DNA of 64,000 bases from the NCBI GenBank assembly GCA_038087875.1, contig CM075980.1, positions 9,982,001-10,046,000 on the forward strand, given 5' to 3'. The position numbers and the translations under genes were made by a program. Source of the stretch: Malacoraja senta. Taxonomy: Eukaryota. The first letter of the stretch is position 1, and each line of letters begins with the position of its first letter. The notes below the pieces were generated by a model, which saw only the letters and a program-made list of their open reading frames with translations, did no database searches and was not told the origin of the DNA. Below, piece after piece: positions 24,515 to 36,105 of the stretch.

Positions 24515-26594
24515 TGTACCTGCAACTGGTGAATATTTTGGCTCCAAGAACTGAGCAGAGACTGGGTATCTTAAAGCCAATGAACTCATCTAGTGCCTCC
24601 AAGTCTCTTCATCATTGGTAAGATCATTGGGTATGTAAGCAAAGAATTTCACTGTGCCTAGTCACATGTGACAATAAAGTATTCCATTCCATTCCATCTA
24701 AGTTGCAATATGCTTTTATGGTAGTAGTTGCAATTCAAAAGTTTAGCAACTTGCAATGCATTCAATCAGTGCCCCTCCATCAAAATTGATACTCCCTTTC
24801 ATCATACTACTAGTAACACATTTCATTTACAAGATGAAGTGCAAATTTACAGTGGAGACAATCTTGTGTAAATAGTTCTACCCAGGTATGCAAACTCTAC
24901 CGAGAATGGCTGTTAGCATTGGTTTATTATCATGTGTGCTGATACAGTGAAAAACTTTGTTTTGCATGCTAGTCAGCAAATCGCACCATATTTGAGTACA
25001 ATCGTACGATACAGAAATACAATGGGTACTGCAAAAAGAGAAAGGAAACGGGGTGCAGTATATAATGTTACATTTGCAGAAAAAGTGCAGGTAAAAAACA
25101 GTGCAGGGGCCACAATGAGGTAATAATTTTGTAGTTGTGGATAATTCTGTCTCCTATTTACACCTCTCCTGAGTCCTGCCTGTTGCTACTTACTTATCTC
25201 TTTACCACCCTCTTAGATCCTGTACTGTCCTCTTTTGATATTTAACTCCACAACTTTCCCCCAATCACAGGCCTCCCTTTGTTTTATTTCCATTATTCCC
25301 CCTTCCAAGCTTTTCTATATCTGACAAAAGTTCATTGAGCTGAAACATTGACTCTTTCCACTTTCTCTGATCGACTCAGTTTTCCAACACTATTTTCTTA
25401 TTAACTTTTCTTATTCCCTTTATTTAGTTCTTTCGGCATTATCTTCTCTCAAGTAGCCCAAGTGGCAATCACCTATTGCAAAAGAAGCATGAGGCAAATG
25501 AAATTTCCCATCAGCTGTTTGTGTGCTGTCTGAAAATATAATTATAAACCAAGAAATTTACTGTTCTGGTTAGGAAAGGATGCCATATTCTGAGTTCAAA
25601 ATTTATTGCGCATAATTGTTACAGAGGTAGTTTAACCCTATTAGAAAGAAGAGTGAAGAACCCGTTCCCTGGAATTAGAAATCTACGGGAAGATTGAAGA
25701 AATGAGGGGATTTGTGGTTTTAATAGGAAGATAAATGGGAGGGTTGCAGAGAAAGTGCTGGTAAAAAATAGTGCAGGGGCCACAATGAGGTAAATTTGGA
25801 GATTGGGACTACATTCTTAGCTTGTGAGAGGTACATTTAAGAGTTCTGCTTTTGTACCTTCTGCCGATAGGAGACGGGGGAAGAGGGAATGACCTGGGTG
25901 TAATTGGGTCCTTGATTATCTTATGGTGCATCTGTAGAAATTGGGAAGATACATGCTGAATTTCCTTAGTTTTATGCAATATTGTGAAATTCCCATCGGT
26001 ATCAAATCAGCAAAAATTTGGGCACATTACTATTATTGAGGCAGGGTTCTGGAATTCGTCATCAGCAAAGGATTGTAGTGTTCAAAAAGGTCAATTGACT
26101 TCACAAAGTAAGCAGAAATGTATAGCACAGATCAACATGATAATGCTGCTTACTTCCCAAGAATACAACAGCTTTCTCATTGATCCAGTGGGAGGCCGTC
26201 AAATTGCTGTTGGTGCAAATTCATAATGGCTTTGTTAAGGCATCCTCTTCTATTTACGCAATGTCTTTTGCAAAATTGTTACTTACTCTTTGATGGGTTC
26301 GTGTGGGGGAGGATTGAAAAGGGGAGAATAATGCTGTGGTTAATCCCCGACTGATATCATAAGTATACCTGTTGGAGATGGGCTGTTGAAAATGACTAAC
26401 TGGTTGGTTGTGATTAAAATTGAGTTTTGAATAAAGACTTGAAAACAATTTCTGAGAAGTTTTTTTTTTAATCATTTCCCTTCTTGACATACTTTCTGGA
26501 AGGGCTCTTCTCTCCTGCTCCCACCATCCCAGTCCTCTACTTCTGAACTTCCCAATTTTTTTCTGATGTCAGTAAGTTAATGTTAAACCATTGC

Positions 26595-29412
26595 CAAACT
26601 CATCAACACACACACTAACCACCCCCCCCCCCACACACACACACACACACACTAACCACCCCCCTTGATATTATATTAATATTATTCATTGGCTCCTTTT
26701 TAAAAAAATAATAATTTTTATTTTATTAGAAGTAACTACAATCATGTGGCACCAAAGTGCCTAATATATATTGACATATTACATTTTATGTACAGCTTCA
26801 TATTTTTTTTAAATTATAATAAAAAAGAAAAAGAGAATAGATAATAAAAGATAGAAAAACGTGAGATATATAGTGTGTGAAAAAGAAAAAAAAGTGAAAG
26901 AAGAAAAGTGAAGAAAAGAAGATAGAAAGAAAGAGAGTAGAAAATAAAAAAGAAAAATAAGGAGATCATTATTTATAATCTTGACCATCCCTCACCCAGT
27001 CCTGGAACATTTAGCTTCTACAATTGTGTTGCACCATATGCTTCCAAAAAGACGACAAATGGAGACCAACTCGTTAAGAATTGGTCTGATTTATCTATTA
27101 GGAGGAATCGCATTTCCTCAAGATGTGCGGTGTCCAACATGCTTGAAATCCACATGTTAAGCGTTGGTATTGGTGCATTTTTCCAGAATTTAAGTATTAG
27201 TTTTTTTGCAATTATTAAACCATAATTAAAAAATAAATGTTGAGATGAGTTCAATTTATTCCCATCTTCCATTACTCCAAATATAATCATTTCAGTATTA
27301 GATTCCATTTTTATCTTGAATAATTTTGTAAATATTTCAAAAATATCACTCAAAATTTATAAAGTTTTATGCAGGAAACGAAAGAGTGTGTTATAGTTGC
27401 GTTTTGGGATAGACATTTATCACAAATGGGGGATATATTTGGATAAAATTTATTCAATCTAGTTTTTGAATAATATAATCTATGTAAAATTTTAAATTGA
27501 ATTAAATTATGTCTTGCATTAATCAAACATTTGTGTATATATATCAAATACTTTTCCCATGTAACCTTCGTAATTTTTATCATTAATTCCCGTTCCCACT
27601 CTTCTCTAAGTACCTCTGTCGATGGTAGGTCTATATTTAAAATACTATTATATAAATATGATATTAATTTCTGTGAGTCAGCCTTAATATTCATTGGCTC
27701 CTTTTACCGCATTCCCGCCCTATCTCGAAGGGCAGAGAGAGGGAGGAGGGAGAGTGGGGGTGGAGAGGAGAGGGGGAGGGGAGAGAGGGTGGAGGAGGGG
27801 AGCGAGGGTGGAGGAGGGGGAGGGAGAGTGTGTGGAGGAGGGGGAGGGAGAGATTGGGGGTAGGGGGAGGGAGAGATTGGGGGGGAGTGGGGGAGGGGAG
27901 GGGGGGAGTGGGGGAGGGGAGGGGGGAGAGAGAGATAGAGGGCGGACTTGAACTCGGCGAGCAGGCGGCGCGGACGTGGCCGACTGAGCTGGCGGCGGGC
28001 CTCAGCAGCTCTCGGGACCTCGCGGGACCTCTGAAGCCCAACCAAATTACTGCGTGTTCAGCGGCTTCAATCCAGAGCCCTGGGGGGGAGGATGGCTGGG
28101 CTGCGGGCGGGGCGCTGTGGACGGCAGGCCGAGTGCGAGTTGGCGGCGCGCGGGAGGCGACTAAATGACTGCGTGGGGGGTGGGGGGAAGTTAACGTAAC
28201 TCGCAGCTCGTGCAAAAACAGTGCCCAGCAGGCTGCGCGTTGAAAACTCTGCGCAGCTGGTTGTGGAGAGCAGAGCCATTGTGACGTCATCAGCTCGTTA
28301 GCTCTAAAAAAAAACAACTCAGATTTGTGAACAATTTTAATAAAAAACTCAGGAAATAATGAATCAAATTTTCAGATGAGGCGATTTTCGAGATCATGAG
28401 GTAAATCTCTATCAGAATATGTAACAATTTCACGGTTAGCGCGTCGTGTTTTCGAGGAGATGTGAATCACAGAAAGGAGGAGGGGGGGAAGGAGGTGGGG
28501 GGGGAGGATGAGGAGTGGTGGAGGAGGAGGGGTGGAGGAGGAGGGGTAGAGGAGAAGGGAGAGGAGGGGGGCAGGACGAGGAGGAGGGGGGGAGAGGAGG
28601 AGGTGCGGGAAGCGGGGCGGGCGTCAACCAAAGGACTGCGTGTTCAGCGGCTTCAGTCCAGGGGGGCGGGGTCGTCACAGGGGAGGGTTGGTTCCCGAAC
28701 GCAATACTCCGTTGCTCCAGGCTGCAGGCTCCAGGATCCAGGGAGAGGGGAGCTTGCTGCCTTTTGGAGCTGTGGTTTCCGATTTGCGGCGTCTTTTTGA
28801 GACAGAGAGAGGGCAGAAACAGGGATGGAGAGAGGGGGAGGGCGGACTTGAACTCGGCGTGCGGACGGGGCGACTGCGAGCGGGCCACGGGCCTCGGCAG
28901 CTGTCGGACCTCGCGGGACCTCTGAAGCCCTCGGAAACCCAACCAAATTACTGCGTGTTCAGCGGCTTCAATCCAGAGCCTGGGCTGCGGGCGGGGTGCT
29001 GCGGACGGCCTGCCGAGTGCGAGTTACGTGGTGGGGGGGGGAGTTACGTAACTCGCAGCTCGTGGAAAATAGTGCCCAGCAGGCTGCACGTTGAAAACTG
29101 CGCAGCTGGCCGCGAGGAGCAGAGCCATTGTGACGTCATCAGCTCGTTAGCTTTCAAAAAGATCTCAGATTTGTGAACAATTTTAATTAAAAACTTGGGA
29201 AATAATGGATCAAATGATCAAATAATGAATCAAATCAGATGAAGCGATTTTCGAGATAATTAGGTAAATCTCTAACGGAATATGTAAAAATTTCACCATT
29301 AGCGCGTCGTATTTTGGAGGAGATGTGAATCACAGGAAAACACACACGCACGCACGCACGCGCACACGCACACGCACACGCGCACACACACACACATAAA
29401 TTTTATAAGTAT
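26595..29412 (-). mobile_element. Second copy of the Helitron-like family (opposite orientation, 3' terminus missing), with an internal duplication and an L1 insertion
   Basis: Homology to 624-700; purine-rich tract 27725-27940 mirrors the pyrimidine tract at 20-545; internal repeat 27941-28472 vs 28841-29335; (CA)n/(CACG)n near both ends. Confidence 0.6.
26701..27687 (-). mobile_element. 5'-truncated L1 LINE (ORF2 C-terminal CCHC region plus A/T-rich 3' UTR)
   Basis: 18-bp TSD TATTCATTGGCTCCTTTT (26683-26700, 27688-27705) at a TTTT/A site; peptide LIQFKILHRLY..CDKC..TITHSFVSC; one in-frame stop separates ORFs 27350-27694 and 27018-27353. Confidence 0.9.
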
Positions 29413-29419
29413 TCATTGA

Positions 29420-29573
29420 TAGGCTTGACAAATTCATAATTCCATTCCTAATCTCTCCATTGTGTGTGAAAAGCGCTGACGGTCAATCCACCTCGCGGTT
29501 TTTCAGGCGAGTGCCCCCGACCTTGAAGTTCGCAGACAGTATTCTGAAAAGCCGCCAAAGTTGGACAGGCCCT
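29420..29573. mobile_element. Solo right end of a PIF/Harbinger-like MITE
   Basis: Ends GGACAGGCCCT followed by TAA, the same terminus as 61661-62066. Confidence 0.65.
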
Positions 29574-31989
29574 TAACTCCTGCCTTCTCTACCAATGACC
29601 TTTAGCATTAACAATCCTGAGTTTACCTTATTCTGCTTTAATTAATATCTATTCATACCCCAGACTATTTACCTGCTAAAAATTTCTCAGAAAAAATGTG
29701 TTGTGTGTTGATGGAGATTTAGAACCCTTTGTTGAATAAACATAGAACAGAAGGAACATTTTCAATTGAGTTGTCAACATTTTGTTTTACAGCTTTTCTG
29801 CAAGTATAGCTTTGAGCTGGAAACCAATACATGGGCAGTTTGTTTCTCATGAGAAAGTTAATTGTTAGAAGCCCAACCTCTGGAAGAAATGGGCCTGAAT
29901 TAAATAGACTGTTTCGGAAACAGAATGACAGGCTTTCTTGTGTTATAAATGCTCATTTCCACAGGAAAGCTGAAAGGCAGATAGGGTATAATAAATATTT
30001 CAGCAGTGCTGGCTGGGGCTTTCCCTTCATTGTTTTACTTGCTGTTATCTGAAGAATCACTGCCACAGCAATGATTCAATTACTTTTCTTGGGCAGAGTT
30101 ATTAGATGCCTGCTGAACTAGGATAATGTGGTCTGAATGCAACAACTACTCAATACCTGGTGGGTGATATTTTTAAGGGGAAAAACACAATTAGTATATC
30201 CCCTTTGTTGCATATTGCTGGTGACAATGCAGTTATAGAAAGGGGGTTCTACACTCGAGCAGGCCAACTTCTTTCCACAAACTCTGCAGTAATAGTTTGA
30301 GACTTCACTATTCAATTTAGCCATCCATTACCAATGATTTGGTCAACTTCAATTGCAATTGAATTTAATTTTGGGGTGGAATGTGTGAGCTTTTGGCTGG
30401 TTATAATGTGGCTTCTATTTTGGACCTCTGCCATATTGGCTTATCTCTTGCCATTAAACAGGAAAGTTATGCTAAGATGTGTATCTCCTGAAAGTGAGCG
30501 AAACAATTGTAATAATATTGTTAGTCTGAGTTACATACAGAACACTGGTATGAGATTGCAATCTTGAATGCAGAAATTTTTCCTGTGTGGTTTTCATATG
30601 GAATTCATTTCACTTTGGCTGAGAATGCTGATATGAATAATAATTGTTGCATTTATTATTTTTATTACTTGCTATAACTGTCTAGATTTAGATCAATGTC
30701 ATGAGCCAAGTATTTTGCACATCCAGTTGGAACAATATTTATGGGTTTTAGCTTTAAAACATGTCACATCAGTGGTCAAACCTAAGACATTATTTTACCT
30801 CTTAAAGTCCCTTGTGGGAAGTGTTATTAAATTAATTTATCCGTTTTCAACTCTTTTATTACCTCTTAGACACGTTGGCTAGTGCTTGATTAATTGATGC
30901 TTCATATCTCCTGTTATTGATTAGTTGGCTTGCTGTTTTCTCTTTATTTTATACTCCCAAATGCTTTCCTGCAGAGTTCTGAACAGACATAAATATTTCA
31001 GCTTCTGTAAGTTTCTATTTATTTTTACAGAAATCTGGAGACAATGTTTCAAGATGTGATTTGGAACTTAACTATCATCAGCAGTGCTCACACAAATCAT
31101 CTTAAACCTTCAGGATACATGCTGCTAAAGTTATTAACATTTTAAAATTATTTCAGAGCTATGTTCTTCTGCTGAACATGTTTCCATTGTAAATAGGGTC
31201 CATGTTCGATATGATCGGAATATGGGCACTGAGTTTATTTTGACTGATCTTAAAATTAGAACATCGTTAGTCTCCGATTAATTGTATTCACAACCATCTT
31301 GTTTAGGAAAGTATTGGATCAAATTTCCTACTTGATAAATTAAGGGAAATAATTAACCAAGGCTAGCAATTTGACAACATGGCAGTATGGCAGAGGTCTA
31401 TGAATAATAGGTTCACCACTTAAGTTTATTATTGTCACATGTACTGAGTTACAGTGAAAACATTGTTTCACATTCTATCCACAGATCCGATGTACCACAC
31501 GTAGATCTGTTCAAACTAGAGAGCAGAGTATAGTTCTCGAGAATGCAGTAGGTTGTGGCGCATTAGTTCCAGAGACAAATTCAAATGTCCTCAACGGGGT
31601 TGAATTGAACTGTATCCCAGCTTATGGAAATTCCTTGAGTGGCCACAGATGGCATTGCGAGTGGCGAGCGCTCTTTCCGGTTGTGAAAGACATTTCTGTC
31701 GTGAAAGATTTATTTGTTTACATCTAAACATTGAAATCCCTCCTCGGCCATGTTTAATTCTACCTCCGCTGGCTCAATGTTTCAGCTTTTTGTGTTTCAA
31801 CCTTGCCTGCCCCCCACTCACCATCCCACAACCCCATCCCCCACCATTCTGTTCAATTTTCTTCTTACCCACTGCAACTGAATTCCCTGTCGAGCCTTAA
31901 TTTACTGGGCACCTTTAAAAGGCTGCTTCCCAAAATCCCTTTTCAACTGTGCTCTTAATCTTATCTCCTAACTGGATCACAAAGTCAAT

Positions 31990-32140
31990 ACAGTAAATCC
32001 TCGTTTTAATGACCCCCTTATAACGGATTTTAGATATAGCGGATGGACATGACTATGCCCCTCTGCGGCTTGCACCGTGTCCCCGGCTGTTTAGAGCCTC
32101 GTCTGCTGACCCCTCTCCCGACTTGCAAGGTGCACCAGCG
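31990..32140 (+). mobile_element. Possible left end of a Tc1/mariner (Tigger-like) non-autonomous element
   Basis: TA-CAGTAAATCCTCG..TATAACGGA start; no matching right TIR found. Confidence 0.4.
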
Positions 32141-32149
32141 AGCTCCTCT

Positions 32150-32305
32150 TCAGAGATAGATAGATTCTTGATTAGGACAGGTGTCAGAGGTTATGGCGAG
32201 AAGGCAGGAGAATGGGGTTAGGAGGGAGAGATAGATCAGCCATGGTTGAATGTCGGAGTAGACTTGATGGGCCGAATGGCCTAATTCAACTCCTATCACT
32301 TATGA
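32150..32305 (+). mobile_element. CR1 3' end fragment
   Basis: GATAGATTCTTGATTAG..GGTTATGGCGAGAAGGCAGGAGAATGGGG..GGGCCGAATGGCCTAATTC. Confidence 0.8.
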
Positions 32306-33200
32306 TTGGTGACACGACTGTTGGTGTGGCTCACTGTTCTGACTGTTGTTGTGGCTCACACTGTAGGCCCTGGGGACAGCGCTTCGGGCCACCCCCACTG
32401 GCAGAACATGCTCTGTCACCATGGGGCTCCTTCCCTCCTCGCTGTCGCTTCCAAGGTGGAGTATGTTGAGGATTCCAGGGGAGAAGGTGGTGGTGGTGGT
32501 GGTGGTGTTAGTTTGGGGCAGGGAGGGAAGTGGGGGGGGGGGGGGAGAAGGAGGGAGGTAGAGGCTGAATGGACAGAGCGACAGGAGAAGCAGGCAGCGG
32601 AGGTCAAGCCCAGAGTGGACAAAGCCATCACCGACAGCAAAAAACAGCAGCATATGAGAGGGAAGTGAGCCCCATGGTGACCAAGCGTGTTCTGTCGGTG
32701 GCGGCGGCCCGAAGAAAGTACTATCCCCAGGGGCTACAACGTGAGCTGCAACAACAATCGTGTTACTGGACCGTGCAGTGGGTGAAGAAGGGCTCGCTGG
32801 TGCTGTTGCAAGTCGGGTGTGAGGTCGGAATCCAGGGCTCTAAACGGCCAGGGAGATGGTCATTCCATTCACATTCAGTTTACGTCTTCAGGGCTCGATA
32901 TTAGCGGTTGCCCGGGTGCCTTTGACCACTCAAAGTGCCGTCGGGTTACCTAAACGCCGAGTAATTTTGCCCGGCTTGGCAAGCAAATACTGGTTTATAC
33001 CGATAGACACAAAAAACTGGAGTAACTCCGCGGGTCAGGCAGCATCTCTGGAGAATAGGAACGTGGCGTTTCGTGTAGGCGGCGGCTGTATTGCGAGGCA
33101 AAGATACTAGGTGCGTGGTGATGAAGGGTCGGAGCGAATGACCGGCCTGGAACAGCGGCCGCGACAGCGGCTCCACCACCTCCTCCTACCGCACCCCGCC

Positions 33201-33412
33201 CGGCGGAAGGAGGCCTCCCCCTCCCTCCCTCCCTCCTCCCGGCCTCGGCGTGGGAGAGGGGTTGTTTTGAAACCACCGTTGGTGGATTTGCAGGCAGCGG
33301 CCGCTGTCGCCCTGATAACGGCTGCTGCTTGCAAATCCGCCAACGGAGCTTTCAAAACAACCCCTCTCGCACGCCGAGGGAGGGAGAGGGAGAGGGAGGT
33401 CTCCTTCCGCCG
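33201..33412. repeat. GC-rich long inverted repeat (about 100-bp arms, 5-nt loop)
   Basis: GAGAGGGGTTGTTTTGAAA..CGTTGGTGGATTTGCAGGCAGCGGCCG pairs with CGGCTGCTGCTTGCAAATCCGCCAACG..TTTCAAAACAACCCCTCTC. Confidence 0.9.
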
Positions 33413-34254
33413 TCTGAAGCAGCTGCAGCAAAGATCCTTTAGCTATAGGATGTTTGAGCTGCACCGCTTGGCCGCGCACCTTGCTGTTGGCTGGCGGAGG
33501 ACGGGAGGCGGTGGCGAGGAGATCCCAAACGCCACCCCCTTTGGCGGCGGCACTTTGGCGTTGGACAGGGACGGCCAAGGCAGCGGGGCGATGTTGTCCA
33601 AGGAGCGCTGACCTTCCTTCCTCCCCACCTCCTCTGCCCCTTCCCCCACTCTCTCTCTCTCTCTCTTGTACGCCCCCCTCCACCCGTCTTATCCTGGGAC
33701 CCCTCCTCTCCATCCCGCACTGATCCCCATTCCCTCCTCTATTCGGTCCTCACTGACATCCCCTGTGCTCCCCTCCCCATTACCCCCCCTCCCCAATCTA
33801 TTCATCACCCTACCCACCTCGCATTGATTCTCCTGCCACCCCCCCATCCATCCTACAATGGTCCCCCAATTCATCCTGTACTGACCCCCCTTCCCATCCA
33901 TCCTGCACTTCTCCCCCCATTCATACTGCACTGATCCACCCATTCATCCCGTACTGACCCACCCTCCATTTACCCCGCACCAATCCCCCCATCCATCCTG
34001 TAGTGATCTCCCCATTCATCTTTTACTTATCCCCCATTCATCCTGTACTGATCCCCTCATTCATTCCGTACTGATCCCCCATTCATCCTATACTGATCCC
34101 CTCATTCATCCTGTAGTGATGTCCCATTCATCCTGCACAGACCCTCCGATCCACACTGTCCTGACCCCCCCCCCCCATTCATCCTGTATTGATCCTCCCA
34201 TTCATTCTGTGCTGATCCCCCCCATATCCATCCTGTACTGATCCCCCCATTCAA

Positions 34255-34366
34255 GAAGAATGGGGGGAACAGTCTGAAGAAGGGTCTCGACCCGAAACGT
34301 TGCCTATTTCCTTCGCTCCATAGATGCTGCCTCACCCGCTGAATTTCTCCAGTATTTTTGTCTACC
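34255..34366 (+). mobile_element. Penelope pLTR-like insert within the minisatellite
   Basis: CAGTCTGAAGAAGGGTCTCGACCCGAAACGTTGCCTATTTCCTTCGCTCCATAGATGCTGCC..GTCTACC, flanked by CCCCATTCA. Confidence 0.85.
34271..34304 (+). ncRNA. Putative minimal type I hammerhead ribozyme, sense to the septin pre-mRNA (GUU site, predicted cut after 34301)
   Basis: CTGAAGA 34274-34280, extra A, helix II 34282-34293, GAAA 34294-34297, palindromic AACGTT helix III. Confidence 0.6.
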
Positions 34367-35282
34367 CCATTCATCCTGCACTGACCCCCTCCCATCCATC
34401 CTGTACTGATCCCCCCCCCATCCATCCTGTACTGATCCCCCCCATCCATCCCGTACCGTCCCCCCCCGCATCCATCCCGCACTGATCCCCCCCATTCAAC
34501 ACCACTGCCATCCCCCGTGCTCTCCCCTCACAATTTTACATAATCCAACCAACACGTACTAATTCACCTGCCTCAATCCATCCATTCCGCAACGTTTGCC
34601 TTCTCAACCCCCCCTCCCCCCGCCATCTATCCACCCCGCACTGATTCACACACCCCCTGACCCTATTGTGCTTCATGGTCTTCAGAGCGAACATTGACTA
34701 TGTATCAATGCAATCAAATGTGTTTTAATTCCCAATGTTATTATTTGTTTTGACACCTTTAAACATATTGCCAAAAGAACATTTGCTGCAGTTATGTCGT
34801 TTGGCCATCTCATTGTCAGTTAGTGTAATGTTTAACCTATCAGATGGGTATAGTCGGTTTCAACAGCTATTATCATAACATGCCTTTAGAAATTTCTTTG
34901 CAACCTGTATATTTTGTTATGGATAAATTATGTGGGAAGCCAGAGTGTTTCTGTGCCAATAGCAATAACGACCCATGCTATGGCCATGTCATGGTAATTT
35001 TCGGTCCTTCACAGAAAACATGCTTGCATCAATCTGTAGTGTGCATGGTTAAGCATATATGTTACCTTGGTTATTGACACAGCTTGATCATATGTTGAAT
35101 AATCCAACCACATTTTTGTTTGGAAGTGGAAAGATCTAATATAAATTGCATTAATTAATGTGTAAAAAGAGTTGAGATATTGTATTATAATTTTGCTGCA
35201 TGTCATTGTGGTATATATCATGTCTTGATTGGTGAATATGTTTAGTTTGTGAGTTATTTGAAGCAAAAATAATATGTGAATG

Positions 35283-35499
35283 TAGAAAAAAGTGCTGGAG
35301 AAACTCAGCGGATGCGGCAGCATCTGTGGAGCGAAGGAAATAGGCAACGTTTCGAGCCGAAACCGTTCTTCAGATTGATGGGTTTCGGCCTGAAACGTTG
35401 CCTATTTCCTTCGCTCCATAGATGCTGCTGCACCCGCTGAGTTTCTCCAGCACTTTTGTCTACCTTCGATTTTCTAGCATCTGCAGTTCCTTCTTGAAC
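35283..35499. mobile_element. Inverted (palindromic) pair of Penelope pLTR-like repeats
   Basis: 14-bp TSD ATAATATGTGAATG (35269-35282, 35500-35513); arms of about 80-90 bp are reverse complements. Confidence 0.88.
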
Positions 35500-36105
35500 A
35501 TAATATGTGAATGCTTCATTGACCATAATTCCGACTGGTAACTAACGCACTTCGTCCGAGCACATTATCGCACGCGTCATGCAAACCGTCTTAAATGACC
35601 ACCTAAACTGTCATTTGGCAACCTAAAAAGCTGGCAAGGTTGCCCGACTGACAACAGGAAAAAAAGTTAAGTGAGAGCCCTGGTCTTATATTTTTTAAGT
35701 TTCAGGCACGCTATTGGGCTTTAGAGACATGGGATGGGTGTCATTAGCTGGCCAGAAGTGCATCGTAATTTCATTATCACGTGTCCTCTGTTGGTTCGGA
35801 AAAATGGGTAATCCAGAAAGGCTCTGGAACCGAGGGTGCCGGAAAATCAGTGTTCAACCTTTTGTTAAAATGGAATTTGGCTGGACAAAAGCAAATTAAA
35901 AATATGTTCAAGTAAAATTAAAATTGAGTGTAAAATAAATAGAATAAGAAAATTTAGGGTTAACATGGGAAATTAATTTACACCAATTGATGAACATAGG
36001 CTTTTAGATTGAATATTCTTGGAGCCTTTAAAAAAAAAAAAATTAGGTGTTGCAGTAGGGCAATTATTGGATTTTCTGAATGGTTGAAGTAAGTTGAACC
36101 AGCAT

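Larger units (their letters stand above)
33835..34500. repeat. Minisatellite, about 21-24 bp unit CCCCATTCATCCTGTACTGAT
   Basis: More than 20 imperfect tandem copies. Confidence 0.92.
32889..35682. mobile_element. Non-autonomous DNA transposon (hAT-like) with 5-bp TSD, carrying a palindrome, a minisatellite and three Penelope-derived inserts
   Basis: CAGGGCTC...GAGCCCTG termini, GTCTT on both flanks (32884-32888, 35683-35687), GGTTGCC/GGCAACC subterminal motifs at both ends. Confidence 0.6.

Noticed and set aside
33835-34500. CRISPR-like array (also 44999-45661)
   Set aside because: Tandem repeats without unique spacers, in eukaryotic intronic DNA with no cas genes.
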